Origin: Thermoleophilales bacterium
GTDB taxonomy: Bacteria > Actinomycetota > Thermoleophilia > Solirubrobacterales > 70-9
Length of the DNA stretch: 64,000 nt
Direction of reading: 5' to 3'
Assembly: GCA_040375675.1 (NCBI GenBank)
Contig: JBEIRY010000001.1
Location: forward strand, 3,543 to 67,542
The notes beneath the pieces are model-generated. The model saw nothing but the letters and a program-made list of their open reading frames with translations. It did no database searches and had not been told where the DNA came from. A program made the position numbers and the translations under genes. Position 1 is the first letter of the stretch. Each line of letters starts with the position of its first letter. Shown in pieces: positions 56,402-64,000 of this stretch.

Positions 56402-57599
56402 CGTCGGCGGCCACCCCTGCTGCGACTGCAGCGCGGCCGTTCGAGCCCATCCCGACTGACTGCTGGCGCTGTAGCGCCTTGCCCTCGGACTGCAGGGCGG
56501 GCGCAACCATCACCTCGGCCCGATGGAACGCAGGGATGTCCTCGTAGCCGCAGGTGGCCATAGAAGTACGGAGCGCACCCATCAAATTGAAAGTTCCATC
56601 ATTTTCCCTGGCCGGTCCGAGCAGAATCTCCTCGAGCGTGCCGTCCTGATGAGTGGCGACCCTGGTTCCTCTCGGAAGCGAGGGATGGAAGGTCGCCATT
56701 CCCCAATGGAAACCGCGGCCGGGAGCTTCTTTGCCACGGGCCAACGGCGAGCCGATCATTACTGCGTCAGCTCCGCAGGCGATCGCCTTGGAGATGTCAC
56801 CGCCGTTGCGCATTCCGCCGTCGGCGATCACATTGCAGTACTGGCCTGTCTCCATCATGTGCTGGCTTCTGGCCGCCGCTACATCGGCGATCGCGGTTGC
56901 CTGAGGGACACCGATACCGAGTACTCCTCGGGTCGTGCATGCCGCGCCGGGGCCGACCCCGACCAGCACACCCACCGCGCCGGTTCGCATCAGGTGGAGG
57001 CCCGTGTTGTACGAAGCGCAGCCGCCCACGACGCACGGAATCGGGAGATTCCCGATGAACTCCTTCAGGTTGAGCGGCTCAGAGGTATTGGAGACATGCT
57101 CTGCGGAGATAACGGTTCCCTGGATAACGAGGATGTCTAGACCCGCATCGAGTGCCTCCTGGTGCCATGAGGTCACTTTCTGCGGAGTCAGCGACCCGCA
57201 CGCAACAGCTCCCATCGCCTTGATCTCTTCGACCCGTTTCCCGATCAGCTCTGGCTTGACAGGCTCGGCGTAGATCTCCTGCATCATCCGGGTCGCCTTC
57301 TCTACCGGCGCCTCGGAAATCTCCTGCAGTCGCTCATCGGCGTCCTCGTAACGGCACCAGATTCCCTCGAGATTGAGCACCGCCAATCCGCCGAGGTTTC
57401 CGATTACGCCCGCAGTCTCTGGGCTGACGACACCGTCCATCGCCGAGGCGAGAAGAGGTAGTTCGAAGCGATAAGGACCAAGAGTCCAGGTGATGTCGAC
57501 CTCATCGGGGTCTCGTGTCCGGCGAGAGGGAACGATCGCGATGTCGTCGAATCCGTAGGCCCGGCGGGCCTTCTTTCCTCTTCCGATTTCTACTTCCAC
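56394..57599 (-). CDS. guaB3: GuaB3-family IMP dehydrogenase-related protein (no CBS domains)
   Basis: 401-aa ORF with the N-terminal block [26 protein letters not shown] typical of GuaB3. It is a TIM barrel without a CBS insertion. Confidence 0.85.
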   Translation of the reverse strand: MEVEIGRGKKARRAYGFDDIAIVPSRRTRDPDEVDITWTLGPYRFELPLLASAMDGVVSPETAGVIGNLGGLAVLNLEGIWCRYEDADERLQEISEAPVEKATRMMQEIYAEPVKPELIGKRVEEIKAMGAVACGSLTPQKVTSWHQEALDAGLDILVIQGTVISAEHVSNTSEPLNLKEFIGNLPIPCVVGGCASYNTGLHLMRTGAVGVLVGVGPGAACTTRGVLGIGVPQATAIADVAAARSQHMMETGQYCNVIADGGMRNGGDISKAIACGADAVMIGSPLARGKEAPGRGFHWGMATFHPSLPRGTRVATHQDGTLEEILLGPARENDGTFNLMGALRTSMATCGYEDIPAFHRAEVMVAPALQSEGKALQRQQSVGMGSNGRAAVAAGVAADDD

Positions 57600-57627
57600 G
57601 CCGCCACCCTATGAAGGTTCGCGGACG

Positions 57628-57649
57628 AAAAAACCCCGGCAGGCCGGGG
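57628..57649 (-). terminator. rho-independent terminator after the pfkB-family gene
   Basis: The minus strand reads CCCCGG-CCTG-CCGGGG followed by TTTTTT. It lies about 100 nt after the pfkB stop and 28 nt before the guaB3 start. Confidence 0.7.
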
Positions 57650-57750
57650 CACGACGAAATCGGACTTGGTTGTTCCGGGTGAGTGTCGCGGCGACTTGCT
57701 CAATCTGTTTCGATCATAACAACCGCGACCTGCCGCTCCGAAGGGCCAGA

Positions 57751-58707
57751 TCAGCCCACTGGAGCGACGGCGATGCTCTCTATCGAGACCGACGGGACCA
57801 GCCTCTCGACCTCGGTCGCGTCTACCGTGCCAGCGCCAAAGTGCTGAGTTGACTCGGCGCCGCAGGCAACGGCATAAGCCAGACACTCCTCGGCGTTCGA
57901 GCCGTCATAACGACGCGCAACGAACCCGGCCAAGAGTGCATCGCCGGAGCCAACGGTGGAAACCGGGTCGAGCTCCGGTGCCGACACCTCCCACACCTCG
58001 CGCCGGCCACCAACTCCAAGAGATGCAACGCAGCCGCGCTCGGTCGTGATTACCGCCTCTTTGGCACCGAGCGAGATCAGCTCATCCAGTCCTCCGACCA
58101 ACTCGCTGCGGTCGGCGAACTCGTGTCCTACTACCTCTTCGGCTTCGAGCTGATTCGGAGTCACCGCTTGTGGTCCCGCTCGCAGTCCGACGCTGAGTGG
58201 CTCTCCCTCGGCATCCAGGATCGTCTCGACCCCGATGGCGTTCAGTTCCGTGACCAGCTCTCCACAGAACCGTGGAGGCACCGAAGGCGGGAGGCTGCCT
58301 GCGATCACGCAGATCCTGGCCCCACGTGCGAGGTATAGAAGTTTTTCGCGAAAGCGCTCCAGCTCCTCAGAGGTGACCTCCGGACCGCGCTCGTTGATCT
58401 CGGTCTGCTCACCGGTCGTCGGATCGACAACCGCAAGGTTCGTCCGAGAATCACCGTTGATCCAGGTGAAGTCAGTCAAGATCGACTCCTCCGCCAACCG
58501 CTCCATCAACCTGGCGCCGGTAGGTCCACCTGCCAGGCCGGTGGCGATCACGGGGCGACCCAGGAGCATCAAGGACCGGGCGATGTTCACGCCCTTTCCC
58601 CCAGCAAAGGTGCTCGCTTCTACCGCACGATGTCTACGGCCCTGCCGAAAACTCGGCACGGCCACGGTTCGGTCAATGGCGGCGTTGAGAGTGACTGTGA
58701 GGATCAT
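57751..58707 (-). CDS. 1-phosphofructokinase-family hexose/hexose-phosphate kinase (PfkB family)
   Basis: 318-aa ORF with the TLNAAIDRT N-terminus and the GSGDALLAG motif. Confidence 0.85.
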   Translation of the reverse strand: MILTVTLNAAIDRTVAVPSFRQGRRHRAVEASTFAGGKGVNIARSLMLLGRPVIATGLAGGPTGARLMERLAEESILTDFTWINGDSRTNLAVVDPTTGEQTEINERGPEVTSEELERFREKLLYLARGARICVIAGSLPPSVPPRFCGELVTELNAIGVETILDAEGEPLSVGLRAGPQAVTPNQLEAEEVVGHEFADRSELVGGLDELISLGAKEAVITTERGCVASLGVGGRREVWEVSAPELDPVSTVGSGDALLAGFVARRYDGSNAEECLAYAVACGAESTQHFGAGTVDATEVERLVPSVSIESIAVAPVG

Positions 58708-60080
58708 GCTCGCTGAGTGGCATTATCGCCCTTTTCAGCTCGGCTACGGAAAATGAGCACGAATCCGACTAGCAAAAGCACCAAGCCGATGGGGATCAAG
58801 ATCAGTGGCGAGAGCACGAGCGCCTTTGCCTTCTCCCCGAGCGTTGCAGCAGGAGCAGCAGCACCTGTAACGAGAGGAGCGGATACTGCCGGCTCACCGC
58901 CGACCAGCACCGTCACTCGTCCGACCCTCTCGCCGTCGGCGACCGGTCCGACCAGCTCGTCGGGGGCATCGGTATCCACCCTTACCTCCTGCCCGTCGCG
59001 GACGAGAACGGGCAGGGTCTCGGCCGACAGCAGGGGTACGCGGGTGTCTCGATAGTCGAGGCCGCTCGAGACGATCTGCTCGCCCTCCGTGACGGGTACG
59101 GACTTCTGGTACCGGGAAAAGCCCCAGCCGAGTAGATCGAGACTCGCCTGATCTCTCACCGCCTCGCTCGGTGAGCCGAGTACGACCGAGATCAAAGTGG
59201 TGTTGTCGCGGGTTCCGGCGCCGACCAGGTTGTAGCCGGCGCTGCTCGTATAGCCGGTCTTCACCCCACTTACCCAGGGCTTGGTGAGCACCAGGTTGTT
59301 GTGATTGACCAGCGGGATCTTGCGCCCGCCCGCCTTGATCGTTCGCTCTTCGGTATCGACTATCCGCGAAAGCAAAGGGTCGGCCAACAGAACCCTCGCG
59401 AGCTCCGCCAGATCACGAGCACTCGAATAGTTGCCTCGCTCATCGAGGCCAACCGGAGTGGAGTAGTGCGTGTGAGCAAGACCGAGTCTGCGCGCGGCGG
59501 CGTTCATCTCGGCGACGAAGCGCTTCTCGTTCGACTCAGCGACCTTCGAAAGCGCCTCGGCCGCATCGTTCCCACTTGGAAGCAGCAACGCGTAGAGCAG
59601 GTCTCTGATCGAAATCCTGTCTCCGCCCTCCAGCCCGGCCAACGACTCTCCAGGGGATGCTCGGTACCTCGGTGCCCTGACCACCTTGCCGGGATCGAGC
59701 AGCTGGTGGGCCACATAGGCCGTCATCATCTTGGTCGTACTCGCGATCATCCGCTCGGAGTCGGCAGCCTTGGCAGCGAGCACCTCTCCGTCGCGCGCAT
59801 CGATCAGCACCCAAGCCTTTGCATCCAGGCGAGGGGGCGTTGCACCGTAACGCGGGGGGGCAGGCTTCCCGTCTTTCTCCTTGCCCTTGCTGCCACCTGT
59901 GTTCTCTTTTCCCTTATCGCCGGACTTCTTGGCCGCAACCGCTCGAGCTGGCGGATTGGAGGCGAAGAATGCTCCGGAAAGAGCAAGGCAACAAACGAAG
60001 ACGCCCGCGATCAACCAACGGATACGCCGTCTGCCGTCTTTACCGTCAGAGCGGTTACGACTTGCGAGGCTGAAATTCAT
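58704..60080 (-). CDS. D-alanyl-D-alanine carboxypeptidase (S11 family, C-terminal membrane anchor)
   Basis: I place the start at MNFSLASRN. It has SxxK (ASTTK), SGN (LPSGNDAA) and KTG (VKTGYT) motifs, plus a terminal TM helix. Confidence 0.88.
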   Translation of the reverse strand: MNFSLASRNRSDGKDGRRRIRWLIAGVFVCCLALSGAFFASNPPARAVAAKKSGDKGKENTGGSKGKEKDGKPAPPRYGATPPRLDAKAWVLIDARDGEVLAAKAADSERMIASTTKMMTAYVAHQLLDPGKVVRAPRYRASPGESLAGLEGGDRISIRDLLYALLLPSGNDAAEALSKVAESNEKRFVAEMNAAARRLGLAHTHYSTPVGLDERGNYSSARDLAELARVLLADPLLSRIVDTEERTIKAGGRKIPLVNHNNLVLTKPWVSGVKTGYTSSAGYNLVGAGTRDNTTLISVVLGSPSEAVRDQASLDLLGWGFSRYQKSVPVTEGEQIVSSGLDYRDTRVPLLSAETLPVLVRDGQEVRVDTDAPDELVGPVADGERVGRVTVLVGGEPAVSAPLVTGAAAPAATLGEKAKALVLSPLILIPIGLVLLLVGFVLIFRSRAEKGDNATQRA

Positions 60081-60090
60081 CTGCTCGCCC

Positions 60091-60429
60091 TCAGCGCAGC
60101 CTGATCTTCTCGCCAATGACCAGGGCCTGCGGGTCCAGCTGGGGGTTCAGTTCCTGAATCGTGTCTTGGGGTACCCCGGTTGCGGCGGAAATCAGGATCA
60201 AGGTGTCCCCCTCCTTGACTATGTAGAACCCTTTGGCAACCGCCTTTTCGCCCGCCGGTGTAGTGGGCTCGGTGCTGGTCTGTGGGATCGGGGTGGCGGT
60301 GCTGTCTGAGCCCGAAGAGCTGGAGCTTCCGCCGCCTGAAGCGACGATCGCGATCGCGATCACGAACACTACGAGCAGCGTGAGGATGGCGACGACCCTT
60401 GCGACCTGACTGTTAGAGCGGCGCTCCAT
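60091..60429 (-). CDS. LysM domain membrane-anchored protein
   Basis: 112-aa ORF with an N-terminal TM helix, a Ser/Thr linker and a C-terminal LysM domain (YIVKEGDTLILISAATGV..LNPQL). Confidence 0.8.
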   Translation of the reverse strand: MERRSNSQVARVVAILTLLVVFVIAIAIVASGGGSSSSSGSDSTATPIPQTSTEPTTPAGEKAVAKGFYIVKEGDTLILISAATGVPQDTIQELNPQLDPQALVIGEKIRLR

Positions 60430-60472
60430 GGCAACCGATGGTAGCCCCGCTGGGAGGCGTCAATTACTGCCC

Positions 60473-61363
60473 TCAGGCAGTCAGGCTCCAGAGCGATTCC
60501 CTCAGCTCCTCTGCCGCAGCGGCAGGGTCCGGTGCACCGGCGATCGACCGAGACGAGGGAACGAGGATCGAAGCCGGCTTGCCTGAGGCAAGCGCCGAAG
60601 TCAGGTCTTCCGGCTTTCCGCCCTGAGCGCCGACGCCTGGCAGGAGGAAGATCGACGCGGGCATCAATTCCCTCAAGCGGGCCATGTGCTCAGGTGCGGT
60701 GGCCCCTATCACCGCACCCATTCCGCTCAAACCCGAATCGCTTCCCATCAAAGCCTCAGCACGGTCATCGACCAGGCTCGCGAGTAATTCGTGCAGTGGC
60801 GGACTGCCGTCATCGGAATCCTGAATGCCGGCTGCGCCGGGGTTGGAGGTTCGAACCAAGGCAAATATCCCCGCACCGGCAGGGGCGGCGGACTCGATGA
60901 AGACGTCGAGTTCGTCTCCGCCGAGCATCGGGTTGACGGTGAAGGAGTCAGCAGCCAGTCCCTCCACATCACCCCATGGCGTCGGCGTGGTTCCGACCAT
61001 CGCCTGACCGTAGGCTGCGGCGGATACCGGCACATCCCCGCGCTTTCCATCGACGACCACCAGCAAACCGGCCTGCTTGGCGCCAGTGATTACCTCCGCC
61101 AGGGCTGCCCAACCGGGGGCTCCGAGTCGCTCGAAGCAAGCGACTTGGGGCTTGACCGCGACGCAGGAACCACCCGCCATCTCGATCAGCTCGAGGCAGT
61201 GTCGGGCCACCGCGTTGGCGGCCTGTTCGGCCGGATCACTGCCAGAAGGCTCCGGCCCATCCCTCAGTGCAGCCGGATCTGGATCCAATCCAAGGCAGAC
61301 CTGACTGCGGCGCTCCGCTACGAGCGCCGCAAGCCGGTCGGAAAAGGGCCCGATCGCGGGCAG
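60473..61363 (-). CDS. pyrF: orotidine-5'-phosphate decarboxylase, type 2 (proposed CTG start)
   Basis: The body matches type-2 PyrF (VAVKPQVACFE, DGKRGD). The conserved FxxRL...VCLGLDP N-terminus is in frame upstream of the first TTG at 61288. A CTG at 61363 has an AAGGGGGG Shine-Dalgarno 8 nt upstream. Confidence 0.75.
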   Translation of the reverse strand: MPAIGPFSDRLAALVAERRSQVCLGLDPDPAALRDGPEPSGSDPAEQAANAVARHCLELIEMAGGSCVAVKPQVACFERLGAPGWAALAEVITGAKQAGLLVVVDGKRGDVPVSAAAYGQAMVGTTPTPWGDVEGLAADSFTVNPMLGGDELDVFIESAAPAGAGIFALVRTSNPGAAGIQDSDDGSPPLHELLASLVDDRAEALMGSDSGLSGMGAVIGATAPEHMARLRELMPASIFLLPGVGAQGGKPEDLTSALASGKPASILVPSSRSIAGAPDPAAAAEELRESLWSLTA

Positions 61364-61367
61364 GGAA

Positions 61368-61649
61368 CTAGCCCCCCTTGACGATCTGCTTCAGCTTGGA
61401 ACCAGCGGAAAACCGCGGAACCTTGCCACCCTGAATCATGATTCGCTCACCGGTACGAGGGTTGACACCCTGTCGGGACTTCCGCTCAGCGACGCTGAAC
61501 TTCCCGAAACCGGTAAATGTCACCGACCCGCCGGCACGGAGTACATCCGTGACCGTGTCGAGAACCGCGTGGAGCGCTTCATCTGCTTCCTTCTTGCTCC
61601 CCATGCGGGAATCGCGGGACAACTGCTCTATGAATTCGGCTTTCGTCAT
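61368..61649 (-). CDS. hup: HU family DNA-binding protein
   Basis: I place the start at MTKAEFIEQL, preceded by AAGGAGG. It has the GFGKFSV and RNPRTGE-like (VNPRTGE) arm motifs. Confidence 0.93.
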   Translation of the reverse strand: MTKAEFIEQLSRDSRMGSKKEADEALHAVLDTVTDVLRAGGSVTFTGFGKFSVAERKSRQGVNPRTGERIMIQGGKVPRFSAGSKLKQIVKGG

Positions 61650-61740
61650 TACTTCCTCCTTCAGTTTGGAGTCGCGCAACCGTAACAACGACCCCGGCGG
61701 CGAAAAACCGCATGAGATGGAGGCTGCGGGAATCTACCCC

Positions 61741-61962
61741 TCAGGGACGACTGCGTGGAGCGACCTTGATCAGCTCCTCTGCGGCAGCAAAAAGGGCCTG
61801 TCCGTGCTCGTTCTCGCGGGGATAGCCCTCGGCGCGACCGCCGGGTCCGCTGACGCGTGCAAACGGGCGGCGACGCTGACGGCGCCGGCGCAGGTAGGCG
61901 GCGGCATCATCTGCGTAACCCGAAACACGGTCCAGCAAGAGACGGTGTGGCTTAGGCGGCAA
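61741..61962 (-). CDS. Arg-rich 73-aa hypothetical protein
   Basis: ORF with a TTG start 3 nt after the upstream stop. No family recognised, and it could be non-coding. Confidence 0.25.
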   Translation of the reverse strand: MPPKPHRLLLDRVSGYADDAAAYLRRRRQRRRPFARVSGPGGRAEGYPRENEHGQALFAAAEELIKVAPRSRP

Positions 61963-61965
61963 CTG

Positions 61966-62445
61966 TCAACCCTCCCCTTCGGTCTGGTTGGAAGACCGCA
62001 AACCCTGCTCGCCGCGGACGTCCCTGATTGCCGCCCTCAGGTCGAAGAAGACGAGAGACGAAAGGCAGAACCGATCGAAAACCGCAACAGCGTGGTAGTC
62101 GCCCTCTCGGACCAGAAAGGCCTCGCCATTTTCGGTCGCTACATGCGCATGGGTAGCGGCGCCGCCCGCCACAGGGGCCGCATCGACCGCCGCGATCAAC
62201 TGACCGGCGGGGACGCGCCAAGACGATGCATCGCCGGTGGCGGCCACCACCTCGCCGGAGGCGTCGAGGATCGCGCATCCGCGCATCAGCGGTGAGATCT
62301 CCATCAGATAAGAGACTGACCGCTCCGCGGCGACTGGACTTGGGTCCGGCATTAGGAGCAAAATAGCGGTCGTGACCCTTGCCAAAGCATCCTGGATCGT
62401 TGTAGTCGCTCTTTGCGCGGTAGGAGTCGTGCTGCTCGCGCTCAC
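61966..62445 (-). CDS. Roadblock/LC7-like domain protein (hypothetical)
   Basis: The pattern GCAILDASGEVVAATGD ... VATENGEAFLVREGDYHAVAVFDR..LSSLVFFDLR resembles the MglB/Roadblock fold. The real start may be the internal MEISPL. Confidence 0.45.
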   Translation of the reverse strand: MSASSTTPTAQRATTTIQDALARVTTAILLLMPDPSPVAAERSVSYLMEISPLMRGCAILDASGEVVAATGDASSWRVPAGQLIAAVDAAPVAGGAATHAHVATENGEAFLVREGDYHAVAVFDRFCLSSLVFFDLRAAIRDVRGEQGLRSSNQTEGEG

Positions 62446-62498
62446 GGGCTACAGCGGCTACAGCGTTGTTGCCGGGGCGGTAGGTATCTCCGCTGCGA

Positions 62499-63413
62499 TC
62501 AACCTGACCTGAACGGTCCTGCGGCGGACTCCGCTTGGCGATCCTTGACCGAGGATTCCGGTTCGACGTGGATCAGGACTTCGGACTTGTCTATCTCTCC
62601 CTCGATCGCATCGCGAAGGTCGTGAGCCATCTCGTGTGCACTCTCGAGTGTGGTCCCCCTACGGAACTGGACGTGCATCTCGATATAGCGCCGTGACCCC
62701 GCCTTGCGGGCTCGAAGCTTGTGGTAGCCGACCATCTCCGGAGGTCGATTGGAAGCGATCATCTTCTCGATTGCATCCATCTCCTCAGGCGGCGGCGCCG
62801 AATCCATCAGGTCCATGACTGAGCGCCAGGTGATCCGTCCGCCGGTGTATGCGATCCAGACCGCGATCAAGATGGCGACGATCGAGTCGAAGGCCGAGTT
62901 GCCGGTGAGCTTGACCAGGATCAAGCCGACCAGCACCGCCACAGAGGAAAGTGAATCCGCCTGAAGATGAGTCGCATCGCCTTGGAGAGCTGGCGAATCA
63001 TGTTTGCGGGCCTGTCGGAAGAGGAATGAGGCTACGAGAGCACTGCCGGCTATAGAGAAGACGATCACCCCGATGCCCAAGCCGATCGACTGTACCTCGG
63101 CCCCGGACTCGAGGCGCCTGATCGCCTCGACCACGATCACTACCGAGGCAACGATCAAGAGAAAGCCCTCGAAGGCTGCGGCAAGGTGCTCGAGCTTGGC
63201 GTGGCCGTAGGGGTGCTCTGCATCAGCCGGCTCGTCTGCCTTGCGAACCGAGACGAAGGCGACGACCGCCGCAACCAGATCCATCATCGAATGCACCGCC
63301 TCGCTGATGATCGCGACCGAGCCGGTGATCACGCCGACCACGACCTTCAACGCGATCAGAATGAGGTTGTAGACAATCGAAACTGCCGCAGCCGACGACT
63401 TGGAGAAACTCAC
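62499..63413 (-). CDS. cation diffusion facilitator family transporter
   Basis: 304-aa, 6-TM ORF with a C-terminal cytoplasmic domain. The metal-site motifs HSMMDL and the HLQADSLSS context are present. Confidence 0.85.
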   Translation of the reverse strand: MSFSKSSAAAVSIVYNLILIALKVVVGVITGSVAIISEAVHSMMDLVAAVVAFVSVRKADEPADAEHPYGHAKLEHLAAAFEGFLLIVASVVIVVEAIRRLESGAEVQSIGLGIGVIVFSIAGSALVASFLFRQARKHDSPALQGDATHLQADSLSSVAVLVGLILVKLTGNSAFDSIVAILIAVWIAYTGGRITWRSVMDLMDSAPPPEEMDAIEKMIASNRPPEMVGYHKLRARKAGSRRYIEMHVQFRRGTTLESAHEMAHDLRDAIEGEIDKSEVLIHVEPESSVKDRQAESAAGPFRSG

Positions 63414-64000
63414 GATGCCCTGCCTCTGAGGGAGTCGCGCAACGCGGCGATAGCTGCGCCACGGTGGCTGATCGAGTGTTTTTCGTCTGGGGAAAGCTCA
63501 GCCATCGTCCGCTTGCCGTTGCCTGCGTGCGGAACGAAGGCCGGGTCGTAACCGAAGCCCCCTGAGCCGCGCGGGGTGTCGATCAACTCTCCTTCGCAGC
63601 GTCCCTCGACGACCCACTCGGAGCCGTCAGCGCCAACCAATGCGAGAGCGCACACGTAAGCAACGCGCCGATCCTCTTCGCCGCTGAGAGAGTCGATCAA
63701 CTTCTCGAGGTTTTCTTCGTCCGTTGCCTGCTCGCCGGCATATCTGGCCGACCTCACTCCGGGCACTCCGCCCAGAGCGGCGGCCTCGATGCCGGAATCA
63801 TCGGCAAGCGATGAGCGACCAGTGGCAGCGAAAGCGGCCCGAGCTTTGCCGAGAGCGTTCTCGGCGAAGGTCTCTCCGGTCTCCGGCGGAAGCTCGACCT
63901 CCTCCGGCAGCGGGTCCAGGGCAACTCCCTGCATGGCCTCGCCGAACTCCCTCAACTTGTGATCGTTGCGTGTTGCCAGAACGAGCGAATCGAACGGGGC
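63410..64000 (-). CDS. rdgB: RdgB/HAM1 family non-canonical purine NTP pyrophosphatase (5' end at or beyond window edge)
   Basis: The reading frame stays open to position 64000 (..LVLATRNDHKLREF). The FGYDPAF and SHRG motifs are present. Confidence 0.85.
   Translation of the reverse strand, partial: APFDSLVLATRNDHKLREFGEAMQGVALDPLPEEVELPPETGETFAENALGKARAAFAATGRSSLADDSGIEAAALGGVPGVRSARYAGEQATDEENLEKLIDSLSGEEDRRVAYVCALALVGADGSEWVVEGRCEGELIDTPRGSGGFGYDPAFVPHAGNGKRTMAELSPDEKHSISHRGAAIAALRDSLRGRAS

Noticed and set aside
1-64000. CRISPR arrays, IS elements, toxin-antitoxin pairs or recognisable defence systems.
   Set aside because: I noticed no regularly spaced direct repeats and no transposase, integrase or nuclease/ATPase defence signatures among the ORFs. 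The window is dominated by core metabolism, translation, cell-wall and respiratory genes.

Overview
High-GC chromosomal core segment with Actinomycetota-like synteny: tig-clpP...clpX, rplM-rpsI-glmM...glmS-acpS-nnr-alr, guaB3-guaA. I call about 70 protein genes, 3 tRNA genes (His-GTG, Arg-TCT, Pro-TGG), one c-di-AMP (ydaO-type) riboswitch, two hairpin terminators and one operator-like palindrome. I saw no rRNA, CRISPR array, transposase, integrase or phage genes, so most of the window is housekeeping. The unusual part is a respiratory island at about 28.5-38.7 kb. It holds a canonical A2-type aa3 oxidase operon, ctaC-ctaD-X-ctaE on the minus strand, where X is an embedded tandem USP-like gene. 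Converging on it is a plus-strand operon headed by an intact heme-copper-oxidase subunit II/I paralog pair. That pair has lost the CuA ligands, all six His ligands of heme a, heme a3 and CuB, and the D- and K-channel residues. It is followed closely by ctaA, ctaB, two tiny overlapping membrane ORFs and, after a 106-nt gap, a diheme cytochrome c. This redox-dead oxidase module is my best candidate for something undescribed. Other points worth a second look: a gap-arsJ arsenate-resistance couple with no other ars genes nearby; an M23 peptidase inserted between clpP and clpX; a c-di-AMP riboswitch upstream of a second M23 peptidase; two genes (pyrF and the first M23 peptidase) whose N-terminal coding appears to start upstream of any ATG/GTG/TTG; a long acidic N-terminal extension on ribosomal protein S9; and several sub-60-aa membrane ORFs missing from the ORF track. 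All family assignments come from motif recognition by eye. No database search was run.
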